DNA from: an uncultured Gammaproteobacteria bacterium
GTDB taxonomy: Bacteria; Patescibacteriota; Patescibacteriia; Patescibacteriales; GWE2-39-37
Assembly: GCA_964443495.1 (NCBI GenBank)
Contig: CAYUCS010000001.1
Location: 405,496-469,495 of the forward strand
Length of the DNA: 64,000 nucleotides
Direction: 5' to 3'
Shown: positions 42,800 to 51,275 of the stretch, piece after piece
How positions within the stretch are numbered: the first letter of the stretch is position 1
Layout of the letters: each line of letters opens with the position of its first letter
Translations under genes and position numbers: made by a program
The notes under the pieces: model-generated
What the model was told of the DNA's origin: nothing
The model's database searches: none
The model's input: only the letters and a program-made list of their open reading frames with translations

Positions 42800-44716
42800 A
42801 TGGACTTGGCGGAAATAACACAAAAGATCAGACGTAGGATATTCCCGGGTGAAAATTTACGGGAGATAGCCAATAATGAGATCCGGGATTTTTTCTTCTC
42901 GGGGCTTTATCGGTTGGAATTCTTCCTGATGGGGGGCTTCGCATTTGTCATGCTTTTTTGCACTTATTTGATGACCGTGAACGGTTTTCTGGGGACTAAT
43001 GACAATGGGGCCATTACGGCGCTTTATACTTTTTTTGCCCTCCTTGGCATCTACTTTTTCTGCAGCGACTTCGTCAAGCGCAAGCGGCTAGTGCCAGCCA
43101 AGATCCATTTTGTGATCGATTCGGTCGTCTTCTATCTGATGATGACCGGCATCGTCTTCTTGTCCGGTGGAATCCAGTCGCCGTTTGCCTTTCCGATGCT
43201 TTTTTTGATGGCCATTTCCGCGCCACTGTACGGCAACATGAAGTACGCTATCATTTTCGTGACTATTTCCTCGGGCACGTACCTTTGGTGGGCAGTGACC
43301 GGCGACGAGGTCGCGTCTGAGTTCTATGAGCACATTCTTGAGGCTGTTTCCTTGCTGACAGCGACAGTGGTTATAAAGAGCGAGATTAACCGCTTTTCCA
43401 GAAAAGCCGACGAGTACAAGCACCTGTCTAAAAGCAACGACGACTTGCTCGTCAAGATGAAAAACTACAGCATCTCGCTCGAGGCGACAGTCAAAAGCAA
43501 GACCGCCGAACTGTCCGACAGCCTTAAATTCGTCGAAGCGTCCAAAAGGGAGCTCGAAAACCAGCGCGCTGCTACCATGAATATACTCGATGACATAATC
43601 GAGGAAAGAAATGCTACCTCCTTTGAAAAAGACAAGCTTGGCGCAATCTTACAGAGCATCGGTGACGGCGTCATGGTCGTTGATGATAAAGGGGAAGTGA
43701 CCATCTGCAACAGGATAGCCGAGAAGATTACCGGCTATTCTTATGATGAGGTGGCCGGCAAGCATTATAATGATTTTTTCAAGCTCGTTTATGAGAAGGA
43801 TGGCAAACCGAATGACATAATCGCCAGGGTTTTCAAGACTAAGCGGATTGAAGAGTTGACTGATCACACCGTCCTGATCAAGAAGGACGGCAGCAAGGTT
43901 CCGGTCGCTGACTCGGCCGCGCCAATATTCAATAAGGCTGGCGATGTCGTCGGCTGCATCATTGTCTATCGCGACGTTACCCGCGATCGGGAAATCGACC
44001 GCCAGAAGTCCGAGTTCGTCTCAGTGGCTTCGCATCAGCTCCGTACGCCGCTGACCAGCATCAAGTGGTTCCTGGAAATGATGCTCGACGGCGATGCCGG
44101 CGTAGTGTCGGAAGAGCAGAAAGAGCTTTTGGAGCAGGTGTCGGAATCGACTGAGCGCATGATCGGCTTGGTAAATACCTTGCTTAACATCTCCCGTATC
44201 GAATCAGGGCGCGTCAAGGTCGATCCGCAACCGACCGACCTGAACCACTTGATCGAGGGTATCGTCCAGGAACAGTTGCCGATCGCTACTCAAAGGGGGG
44301 TTAGTTTGAAGGTGACCAAGCCCGAGCTGCCGACCATAAGCATCGATCAGAAATTGGTCCAGGAGGTTTTTGCCAATCTTCTGTCCAATGCTATAAAATA
44401 CACCCCGACCAAGGGCAAGGTCGCGCTCAAAGCCAAGATTGACGGGGAATATATCCAGTTCGCCATTTCCGATACCGGCATGGGCATCCCGGAAAAGGAC
44501 AAGGAGAAGATGTTCCATAAGTTCTTCCGTGCCGAGAATGCCGTGGTTCGGGAAACCGAGGGCAACGGCATGGGTCTTTACGTCTGCAAATCGATCGTCG
44601 AGCTTTCCGGCGGCCGGATCTGGTATGATTCGGTCGAGAACAAAGGCACGACTTTCTATTTTACCTTGCCTTTAAAAGGTAGTATAATGAGAGAAGGCGA
44701 AAAATCATTAGTTTAA
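42800..44716 (+). CDS. Sensor histidine kinase (polytopic N-terminus, PAS, HisKA, HATPase_c)
   Basis: About 6 TM segments. PAS core VVDDKGEVTICNRIAEKITGY, H-box SEFVSVASHQLRTPLTSI, N-box LLSNAIKYT, G-boxes DTGMGIP and GNGMGLY. Confidence 0.9.
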   Translation: MDLAEITQKIRRRIFPGENLREIANNEIRDFFFSGLYRLEFFLMGGFAFVMLFCTYLMTVNGFLGTNDNGAITALYTFFALLGIYFFCSDFVKRKRLVPAKIHFVIDSVVFYLMMTGIVFLSGGIQSPFAFPMLFLMAISAPLYGNMKYAIIFVTISSGTYLWWAVTGDEVASEFYEHILEAVSLLTATVVIKSEINRFSRKADEYKHLSKSNDDLLVKMKNYSISLEATVKSKTAELSDSLKFVEASKRELENQRAATMNILDDIIEERNATSFEKDKLGAILQSIGDGVMVVDDKGEVTICNRIAEKITGYSYDEVAGKHYNDFFKLVYEKDGKPNDIIARVFKTKRIEELTDHTVLIKKDGSKVPVADSAAPIFNKAGDVVGCIIVYRDVTRDREIDRQKSEFVSVASHQLRTPLTSIKWFLEMMLDGDAGVVSEEQKELLEQVSESTERMIGLVNTLLNISRIESGRVKVDPQPTDLNHLIEGIVQEQLPIATQRGVSLKVTKPELPTISIDQKLVQEVFANLLSNAIKYTPTKGKVALKAKIDGEYIQFAISDTGMGIPEKDKEKMFHKFFRAENAVVRETEGNGMGLYVCKSIVELSGGRIWYDSVENKGTTFYFTLPLKGSIMREGEKSLV

Positions 44717-44727
44717 ACGCATATTCC

Positions 44728-45105
44728 ATGAAAAAAACCATTTTGATCGTTGAAGACGAGAAGTCATTGCAACGCATTCTTTTCAAAAAGCTCCAGCAGG
44801 TCGAGAATTGGGATATTTTGCAAGCCTTCAATGGGCAGGAGGCCCTGGACTTGATCAAGAGGCGGAAAGTTGACCTGGTATTGCTTGATATTGTCATGCC
44901 AGTCATGGATGGCTTGACGTTGCTTCAGGAATTGAAGCAGTTGGACGAGTTGAGCAATAAGAAGGTTATCGTCCTGACCAATTCGGCCTCATTTGAGCAG
45001 GTTTTCCAAGAGAACGGCGTCAAATACCTGGTGAAGAGCAATCACACCCTGGATGACCTGATCACCCGCATTAGCGAAGAGATGGAGGAAATCGCTGAAA
45101 AATAA
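44728..45105 (+). CDS. Single-domain response regulator (CheY-like receiver)
   Basis: ILIVEDE, DLVLLDIVMPVMDG, VLTN and YLVKS. Confidence 0.85.
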   Translation: MKKTILIVEDEKSLQRILFKKLQQVENWDILQAFNGQEALDLIKRRKVDLVLLDIVMPVMDGLTLLQELKQLDELSNKKVIVLTNSASFEQVFQENGVKYLVKSNHTLDDLITRISEEMEEIAEK

Positions 45106-45133
45106 TAAAGCAAAGGGGGAGTAAATCACATCT

Positions 45134-45508
45134 ATGGAAACAATGAAGAAAATTGCTGTCGTCGAGGACGATAAGTTTTTGCGCAAGGTCTATGAAAGCA
45201 AATTGCCCAAGGAAGGCTTTTTAGTGGTTTCCGCCGGTGATGGCAAGTCCGGGCTTGAGCTCATTCGGAAGGAGAAGCCAGATTTGGTGCTTCTGGATTT
45301 GATCATGCCGATTATGACCGGATTCGAGGTGCTCGAGTCATTGAAGGCAGACACCAAATCGAAGATGCCGAAAGTGGTTGTCTTATCGAATCTGGGTCAG
45401 GACGAAGACATTGCTCGTTCCAAAGAGCTCGGTGCCTCCGATTTCCTGATCAAATCCAACCTGTCCATCAAAGAAATCGTAGAGAAGATCAAGCAATACT
45501 TAGCTTAA
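45134..45508 (+). CDS. Single-domain response regulator (CheY-like receiver)
   Basis: IAVVEDD, DLVLLDLIMPIMTG, VLSN and FLIKS. Confidence 0.85.
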   Translation: METMKKIAVVEDDKFLRKVYESKLPKEGFLVVSAGDGKSGLELIRKEKPDLVLLDLIMPIMTGFEVLESLKADTKSKMPKVVVLSNLGQDEDIARSKELGASDFLIKSNLSIKEIVEKIKQYLA

Positions 45509-45512
45509 GCCT

Positions 45513-45540
45513 TTGAGGTTTTGGCGTTTTGTGGTATAAT
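45513..45540 (+). promoter_or_regulatory. Candidate promoter of the major pilin gene
   Basis: TTGAGG (45513-45518), 16-nt spacer, TATAAT (45535-45540) preceded by TGTGG. Confidence 0.45.
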
Positions 45541-45584
45541 GTTGATAACTTATTTTATTTAAAATAACATTAACTCGCACAATT

Positions 45585-46283
45585 ATGAACAAACGTAACC
45601 GCACCCAAGGTTTTACGTTGCTTGAGCTCTTGATTGTCATTGCCATCATCGCCATCCTTTCGGTGATCCTGGTCTTGGTCTTGAACCCGGCAGAAACCTT
45701 GAAGAAATCGCGCGATGCCCAGCGTATCTCGGATTTGAACACTTTGAAGACGGCCATCGGCTTGGTAGTTACTGCCAGTACGACACCGTATCTTTCATCA
45801 GGAAACGCCAATTGTTTTGGTGCGGCGACACCGAAGGTTTTTTATAGCTCATCGGCTAACTTTGCTTGCGGTGCTGTGCCCGCAAACGTGCAGGGCATAG
45901 ATGCATCAACCACCCCGGCCTTGTCTGCCAACACTTGGTGTGCCACCACAACTGCTGCCAGTCTCGCTAATATTGACGGTACCGGTTGGATTCCATTGGC
46001 TTTCTCCTGGCTGCCGGGCGGTTCTCCGATTTCCAATCTGCCGCTCGACCCTTCGAACACGGTTACGGCCGCTGGTCCGGTCAATGCCGACTTGGTTTAC
46101 CGTTATGCCTGCCAGGCTGGCGTAATTTCAGCAAAGCCTAGTTACGTCTTTGAAATCGATGCGGCTCTGGAAAGCGCGGCATACACTTCCGATGACGATA
46201 AGCGCATCAAGGATGGCGGAGATAATGCCAGCCTGTACGAGGTTGGCACTGATTTGAAGCTGCTCGGATCTGGTATTTTCTAA
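45585..46283 (+). CDS. Type IV pilin (candidate major pilin)
   Basis: Prepilin signal MNKRNRTQG|FTLLELLIVIAIIAIL with E at +5. Has its own promoter and a strong terminator, consistent with a highly expressed monocistron. Confidence 0.85.
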   Translation: MNKRNRTQGFTLLELLIVIAIIAILSVILVLVLNPAETLKKSRDAQRISDLNTLKTAIGLVVTASTTPYLSSGNANCFGAATPKVFYSSSANFACGAVPANVQGIDASTTPALSANTWCATTTAASLANIDGTGWIPLAFSWLPGGSPISNLPLDPSNTVTAAGPVNADLVYRYACQAGVISAKPSYVFEIDAALESAAYTSDDDKRIKDGGDNASLYEVGTDLKLLGSGIF

Positions 46284-46295
46284 GGCATTTATTAA

Positions 46296-46325
46296 TAGCC
46301 CCCTCGAAAGAGGGGGCTATTTTTG
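46296..46325 (+). terminator. Rho-independent terminator after the pilin gene
   Basis: TAGCCCCCTC-GAAA-GAGGGGGCTA followed by TTTTT. Confidence 0.8.
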
Positions 46326-46332
46326 TTATAAT
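46324..46332 (+). promoter_or_regulatory. Extended -10 (TGTTATAAT) placed for a leaderless transcript
   Basis: TATAAT ends at 46332 and the A of the ATG is at 46339, 7 nt downstream. Confidence 0.4.
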
Positions 46333-46338
46333 TACCCT

Positions 46339-46989
46339 ATGCGAATATTGCTTGGGCAAGCACCCGTGTGGCTATTCTTTGTTTTGGAACTGGCATCATT
46401 GATGGTGGCAGGTTTTTATTATGCGAAGAGCCGGAGCGACCTAAAAGCGGTTTTTTACCGCCTGTTCTGGATCGTTTTAGCGCTTAAGCTATTAAAGCCG
46501 GCATTTTTTACTTGGTCGCAATGGTATGTCTGGCACGTTTCCAATCCTGATTTTTTATTGGCGCCATTGTCGCCGAATCTTAAGTTGCTTGGCTGGCTCG
46601 ATATCTTTTCTTTTCTCAAGGACGTTTCCGGCGGATATTTCATCTTTTATTCTTTCGGTCGCTTCTGGTTCGGCGTTTTGATCGCTTTGGCCGCAGCCAC
46701 CCTGTGGTGGCTGGTGCTTAAGCTTTTGGCCAAGAGGCGCCCAGAAGCGATGCGGCCAGAGGAGTTATCACTGGCTTGGATTACTGCAGCGATCGCAGGC
46801 TGGCCGGGATTCATCCTGTATGTCCCGATGTCATTGGGCTTCGCTGTTGCCGGCGTTCTTTATCTTACGGCGCGGAAAATCGACTCAAGACTGCCTATTG
46901 GTTGGCCCATGATAGCCGCCTCATTTTTAGTCGCAGTCGCCGGCACATTCCTGATCGGGCTGCTCGGGTTATCCGTGTATAAAATCTGA
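46339..46989 (+). CDS. Hypothetical polytopic membrane protein in the pilus cluster
   Basis: 216 aa with about 6 TM segments. Sits where a prepilin peptidase might be expected, but no GxGD or paired-Asp motifs were recognised. Confidence 0.5.
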   Translation: MRILLGQAPVWLFFVLELASLMVAGFYYAKSRSDLKAVFYRLFWIVLALKLLKPAFFTWSQWYVWHVSNPDFLLAPLSPNLKLLGWLDIFSFLKDVSGGYFIFYSFGRFWFGVLIALAAATLWWLVLKLLAKRRPEAMRPEELSLAWITAAIAGWPGFILYVPMSLGFAVAGVLYLTARKIDSRLPIGWPMIAASFLVAVAGTFLIGLLGLSVYKI

Positions 46990-47113
46990 AACTCCGCATG
47001 CGGCTTCATCGGAATTTGGCTGACATTCAAGTTTTTGCAATAGATATCCCCAGTATGGCTGGGATTAAGATTTTTGAATAGATATTTGCGCCAATAGCTG
47101 AGTTTTTTGATTT

Positions 47114-47141
47114 AAAACTGCTTGGTGGACAAGCAGTTTTT
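47114..47141 (+). terminator. Rho-independent terminator
   Basis: AAAACTGCTTG-GTGGA-CAAGCAGTTTT followed by T. Confidence 0.65.
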
Positions 47142-47145
47142 ATGT

Positions 47146-47151
47146 TATAAT
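47146..47151 (+). promoter_or_regulatory. Candidate -10 (TATAAT, preceded by TGT) for the pilB operon
   Basis: ATGTTATAAT at 47142-47151, immediately after the terminator. Confidence 0.4.
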
Positions 47152-47219
47152 GATACTAAGTTTTGACTTTTGGATTTTGATTTTTGACTTGAAACATCGT
47201 GCACATCAAGGAGGAAAAT

Positions 47220-48917
47220 TTGAAGCAGATCCTGCTCGATTCGGGGTTAGTCGATGAGGCCGCCTGGAAGAGCGCCAAGGAGGAGGCTGACAATGCCGGC
47301 CAACCGGTCGAGAGCGTCTTGATCAGCCGCGAGCTGGTTACCGACGATTATTTGACCGAGCTTTTAGAGCCATATTTCGGCGTGCCGTTGGCAAACCTGA
47401 AAAAGCAGAATATCGCCCAGGAAACGCTCAATCTGTTGCCGGAAAATTTCGCCAAGTCCCATGCTGTAGTCCTGTTTGACATCGACCGCGCAGCGGGCGT
47501 AGCCAAATTGGCCATGCGCGACCCGTTGGATTTCGACACGATCGGATTCGTTCGACTAAAGCTTGATTGCTGGGTCGAGCCGTACCTTGCCTCGCAGTCC
47601 GGAATCTCTTTCGGATTGCGCCAGTATAAGAAACAAGGCGGGCAGAATTTTTCCCAAGTCATCGAACAGAGCCTCAAGGAGGCTAATTCCTTGGCCGGAG
47701 ATACGGATGTCGGCAAGAAGGCGGAGGCGGTGCCGATCATTACCATTCTGGACAGCGTGCTGGAGAATGCAGCCGTTTCCGGAGCTTCTGACATCCACTT
47801 CGAGCCGATGGCCAAGAAGTTTCTGGTCCGCTATCGCGTCGATGGCGTGATGCAGGAAATTTTAAGCCTGCCTAAAGCGATGGCGCCGATACTTGTGGCG
47901 CGCGTAAAGATTCTGGCAGGCATGCAGATAGATGAGCACCGCACCCCTCAGGACGGGCGCTTCCGCTTCGAGCTCGAGAGCGGCGCCAAGGTGGATGTCC
48001 GCGTCAATTGCATGCCGATCCTTAACGGTGAGAAAGTCGAGATGCGCCTTCTGAAAAGCTCGACTAAGCCGTTGTCGCTCGGCGAGCTGGGGTTCAGCGA
48101 AGGCGATATTGCCACCATTGAAGACGAGATCAAGAAGACTCATGGCATGATCCTGGTTACCGGTCCGACCGGGCACGGCAAGACGACTACGCTTTATTCC
48201 ATCTTGCATATTCTCAATACGCCGAAAGTCAATATTACGACCATCGAGGACCCGATCGAATACGAGGTGGCGCGCTTGAACCAAACCCAGGTGAACGCCA
48301 AAGCGGGCATCACTTTTGCCAACGGCCTGCGCGCCCTCCTGCGCCAGAACCCGGACATCATCATGATCGGCGAGATCCGCGACAATGAAACTGTCGATAT
48401 CGCCATCCATTCCGCCTTGACCGGGCACCTGGTGCTTTCGACCATCCACACCAACGATGCGCCGTCGGCCATCCCTCGTTTGGCCGATATGGGCGCGGAA
48501 AATTTCCTTTTGGCCTCGACTTTGAACCTGGTCATCGCGCAGCGTTTAGTGCGTCGTATCTGCATTTCCTGCATCGAGTCGTACAAGCCGTCGCCGTCGG
48601 TCAAGAAGATGATTTCTGATCAGCTGGTCTCGCTTCATGGCAAGAAGATCGACAAGGAGATGATTCCCGATTCTATTTTCCGCGGCAAAGGCTGCAAAGT
48701 CTGCGGCGGTTCCGGTTTCACCGGCCAAGTCGGCATCTATGAAGTTCTTAAAGTCAATGAGGATATCCGCAAGCTGATCACGGACAAGGGTTCGTTGGAT
48801 GAGGTTAGGAAAGAGGCTGTAAGCCAGGGCATGGTCACCATGTTCGAGGACGGGCTGAAGAAAGTCGAGCAGGGAATCACTACTATCGAAGAGGTGCTGC
48901 GCGTCGTGCGCGAGTAA
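47220..48917 (+). CDS. pilB: Type IV pilus assembly ATPase PilB (GspE family)
   Basis: Walker A GPTGHGKTTT, Walker B DIIMIGEIRD, a His box, and the tetracysteine CISC...CKVCGGSG. Start moved to the TTG at 47220 because AAGGAGG (47208-47214) lies inside the track's GTG-started ORF (47199). Confidence 0.9.
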   Translation: MKQILLDSGLVDEAAWKSAKEEADNAGQPVESVLISRELVTDDYLTELLEPYFGVPLANLKKQNIAQETLNLLPENFAKSHAVVLFDIDRAAGVAKLAMRDPLDFDTIGFVRLKLDCWVEPYLASQSGISFGLRQYKKQGGQNFSQVIEQSLKEANSLAGDTDVGKKAEAVPIITILDSVLENAAVSGASDIHFEPMAKKFLVRYRVDGVMQEILSLPKAMAPILVARVKILAGMQIDEHRTPQDGRFRFELESGAKVDVRVNCMPILNGEKVEMRLLKSSTKPLSLGELGFSEGDIATIEDEIKKTHGMILVTGPTGHGKTTTLYSILHILNTPKVNITTIEDPIEYEVARLNQTQVNAKAGITFANGLRALLRQNPDIIMIGEIRDNETVDIAIHSALTGHLVLSTIHTNDAPSAIPRLADMGAENFLLASTLNLVIAQRLVRRICISCIESYKPSPSVKKMISDQLVSLHGKKIDKEMIPDSIFRGKGCKVCGGSGFTGQVGIYEVLKVNEDIRKLITDKGSLDEVRKEAVSQGMVTMFEDGLKKVEQGITTIEEVLRVVRE

Positions 48918-48921
48918 ACAT

Positions 48922-50139
48922 ATGGCTAGCTATATATACGAAGTCATCGATAAGAACGGCAAGACGATCAAGGGCGAATTGATCGCCGCTTCGCGCGACG
49001 AAGCCCTCGGCATGCTCGAGCGCCGGCACATGATGCCGGTAGAAGTTACGGAGAAGGGGGGTGTCGGGCGCAGCCTGTCGACAATCAATATCGGTTTTGA
49101 ACGCTTTGGCGCTTTGGACCGGATCATCTTGGTGCGCAACCTTTCGGTTACTCTCAAGGCCGGGCTGAGCCTGCTTGAGTCGATTGAAATACTGATTGCC
49201 GACTCGACCAAGAAGAAAACGCTAGATATTCTGTTGACTGCCAAGGCGTATTTGCAGAACGGACAAGACTTGTCGGCGGCTTTGGCCAAGTATCCTCGAT
49301 ATTTTCCGGCCATGTTCATCGGCATGGTCAGGGCGGGCGAGCTGTCAGGTCAGCTCGACAAGTCATTGGAAGAATTGTCGCAGCAGCTCTCGAAGGAATA
49401 CAGCTTGGCCAAGAAGGTGAAATCCGCCTTAGCCTACCCCATGATCCTCCTTGCCGCCTCGGCCGGCATCGTGGTCATGCTCATGACTTTCGTCCTGCCG
49501 CGTCTGGCTAAGACTTTTTCCCAGAGCCAGGTCAAGCTGCCGTGGCTGACCAGCGCTTTGATGTCGCTCAGCAAATTCATTACGTCGCATGTGTTCGTTG
49601 ATATCGCCTTTCTTGCGTTTCTCGGCTGGCTTTGGTGGTTCGTGCGCCAGACTGATCGTGGTCGCAATCTGCTCGCTGAGATCCTGTTTTCCATTCCGGC
49701 GGCCCGCAATCTGGTCAAGAAGATCATCCTGGTCAGGCTTACCAGGACGCTTGGCAGCTTGCTTTCAAGCGCTATGTCGATTACCGAATCGTTGGAGCTC
49801 GTTTCCAAAGTCATCAATAATCGGCGCTATCAGTCGGCGCTGGATAAGGCCTTGCAGGATGTCAAGAACGGCAGCCCGATTTCCAATGTTTTTCGAGACC
49901 ATGCCGAGCTGTTCCCGCGATTCCTGACCAGCCTGGTAACGGTCGGGGAAAAGACCGGTACCATCGACCAGGTATTGAAGACCTTCGCCGACTTCTATGA
50001 CGAAGAAGTTGACAATGCCTTGAAGGATCTAGCTACCTTCCTTGAACCGGTCCTGCTGTTGCTGATGGGCATCATCGTCGGCGTGATCGCCCTAGCCATC
50101 CTGTTGCCGATTTATCAACTGGTGGGTAATTTCGTCTGA
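48922..50139 (+). CDS. pilC: Type IV pilus platform protein PilC (GspF family)
   Basis: 405 aa with two GspF-type repeats, 3 TM segments and the C-terminal LEPVLLLLMGIIVG motif. Confidence 0.9.
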   Translation: MASYIYEVIDKNGKTIKGELIAASRDEALGMLERRHMMPVEVTEKGGVGRSLSTINIGFERFGALDRIILVRNLSVTLKAGLSLLESIEILIADSTKKKTLDILLTAKAYLQNGQDLSAALAKYPRYFPAMFIGMVRAGELSGQLDKSLEELSQQLSKEYSLAKKVKSALAYPMILLAASAGIVVMLMTFVLPRLAKTFSQSQVKLPWLTSALMSLSKFITSHVFVDIAFLAFLGWLWWFVRQTDRGRNLLAEILFSIPAARNLVKKIILVRLTRTLGSLLSSAMSITESLELVSKVINNRRYQSALDKALQDVKNGSPISNVFRDHAELFPRFLTSLVTVGEKTGTIDQVLKTFADFYDEEVDNALKDLATFLEPVLLLLMGIIVGVIALAILLPIYQLVGNFV

Positions 50140-50140
50140 T

Positions 50141-50614
50141 ATGCCGGAATACCAAGCGTCGCAAAGAGGTTTTACCTTGTTGGAACTGCTGTTAGCGATA
50201 GCAGTTTTATTGCTTTTGACGGTGGCAGCGAGGGAGTTGTTCGCTGGCTATATCAGGAACAACGACCTTGACTCGTCGGCCAGGGCGCTGGCTTCGGACC
50301 TGGCATACGCCCGCGACAGGGCAATGGCCGGTGGCAATGATTACAATTGGGGCGTGCGCTTAGTCAACCAGGCTGCAGCGCCCGATTATTACGAGATATT
50401 CGCCAGTCCATCCGATTATTCAAGCGCCAGCACGAGCATCAAGAAGAGTGTTTATTTTCCTAACGCGGTCGGTTTCAGCGATCCAGCCAGCGGAGCCAGC
50501 AAAGATGTGATTTTTTCCCGTCTTGTCGGCACGACCACTGCCACAACTACGTCATTGGCCAACCTGACATCGTCCATGACGATTTCCGTCAGCCCTAACG
50601 GCCTTGTCTATTGA
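50141..50614 (+). CDS. Minor pilin / pseudopilin (prepilin-type N-terminus)
   Basis: MPEYQASQRG|FTLLELLLAIAVLLLL with E at +5. Confidence 0.75.
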   Translation: MPEYQASQRGFTLLELLLAIAVLLLLTVAARELFAGYIRNNDLDSSARALASDLAYARDRAMAGGNDYNWGVRLVNQAAAPDYYEIFASPSDYSSASTSIKKSVYFPNAVGFSDPASGASKDVIFSRLVGTTTATTTSLANLTSSMTISVSPNGLVY

Positions 50615-50618
50615 ATAT

Positions 50619-51272
50619 ATGGGAATGAAGATGATAAAAATGCCGATCGATCTGCGTGACCAGCGAGGACAGCTCCTTCTCGAGATGCTCTTGCTGATCG
50701 GGGTTATCGTGATGGTTGGCGGCCTGGTTTCGCAAATAACGTATGCCAGCCTAACGGCCAACAAGTCATCAAGCCTTAAGAGCGCAGCCGAAGGATTGGC
50801 TGATGAGGAGTTTGCCGGCGTGACGGCTGCCACGTACGCCAAGTGGCACAACCTGTATAACCTGACCAAGTCTTCCAGTAGCCATTATTATGTTTCCCAG
50901 GTGGCTGGCGCTTGGCAGATAAATTCAGGCGACGAGACGCTGAGCCTTAATGGAACTACGTTTACAAGGTATTTTTATATATCGAACGTTTGTCGCGATG
51001 ACGCGACGAAAGCTATCGTGGCAACATCCGGAGTGCCGCCATGCACGGCAGGCAATAGCGATGACCCTTCGACGCAGAAGGTTACGGTCCATGTCGGCTG
51101 GGACGGCGGCACGATCTCAAAAAGCGAACATCTGACGCGTTGGCGAAACCTGTTGTGCCAGCAGTCGAGCTGGTCAGCGACGTCATCCGCCACTTCCACT
51201 TGCGCCGGCACGGATTACGGTTCAAGCACGAACATTGAGGCGTCGAGCAGCATTATCCTGCAATCTAATTGA
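50619..51272 (+). CDS. Minor pilin-like protein with atypical prepilin signal
   Basis: ...DLRDQRG|QLLLEMLLLIGVIV with Q at +1 and E at +5. Start set at the first ATG (50619); the track's TTG at 50604 is an alternative. Confidence 0.6.
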   Translation: MGMKMIKMPIDLRDQRGQLLLEMLLLIGVIVMVGGLVSQITYASLTANKSSSLKSAAEGLADEEFAGVTAATYAKWHNLYNLTKSSSSHYYVSQVAGAWQINSGDETLSLNGTTFTRYFYISNVCRDDATKAIVATSGVPPCTAGNSDDPSTQKVTVHVGWDGGTISKSEHLTRWRNLLCQQSSWSATSSATSTCAGTDYGSSTNIEASSSIILQSN

Positions 51273-51275
51273 TAT

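Noticed and set aside
46339-46989. Polytopic membrane protein considered as the missing prepilin peptidase (PilD).
   Set aside because: I could not find the paired catalytic aspartates or a GxGD-type motif in the translation. It is kept as a hypothetical membrane protein.
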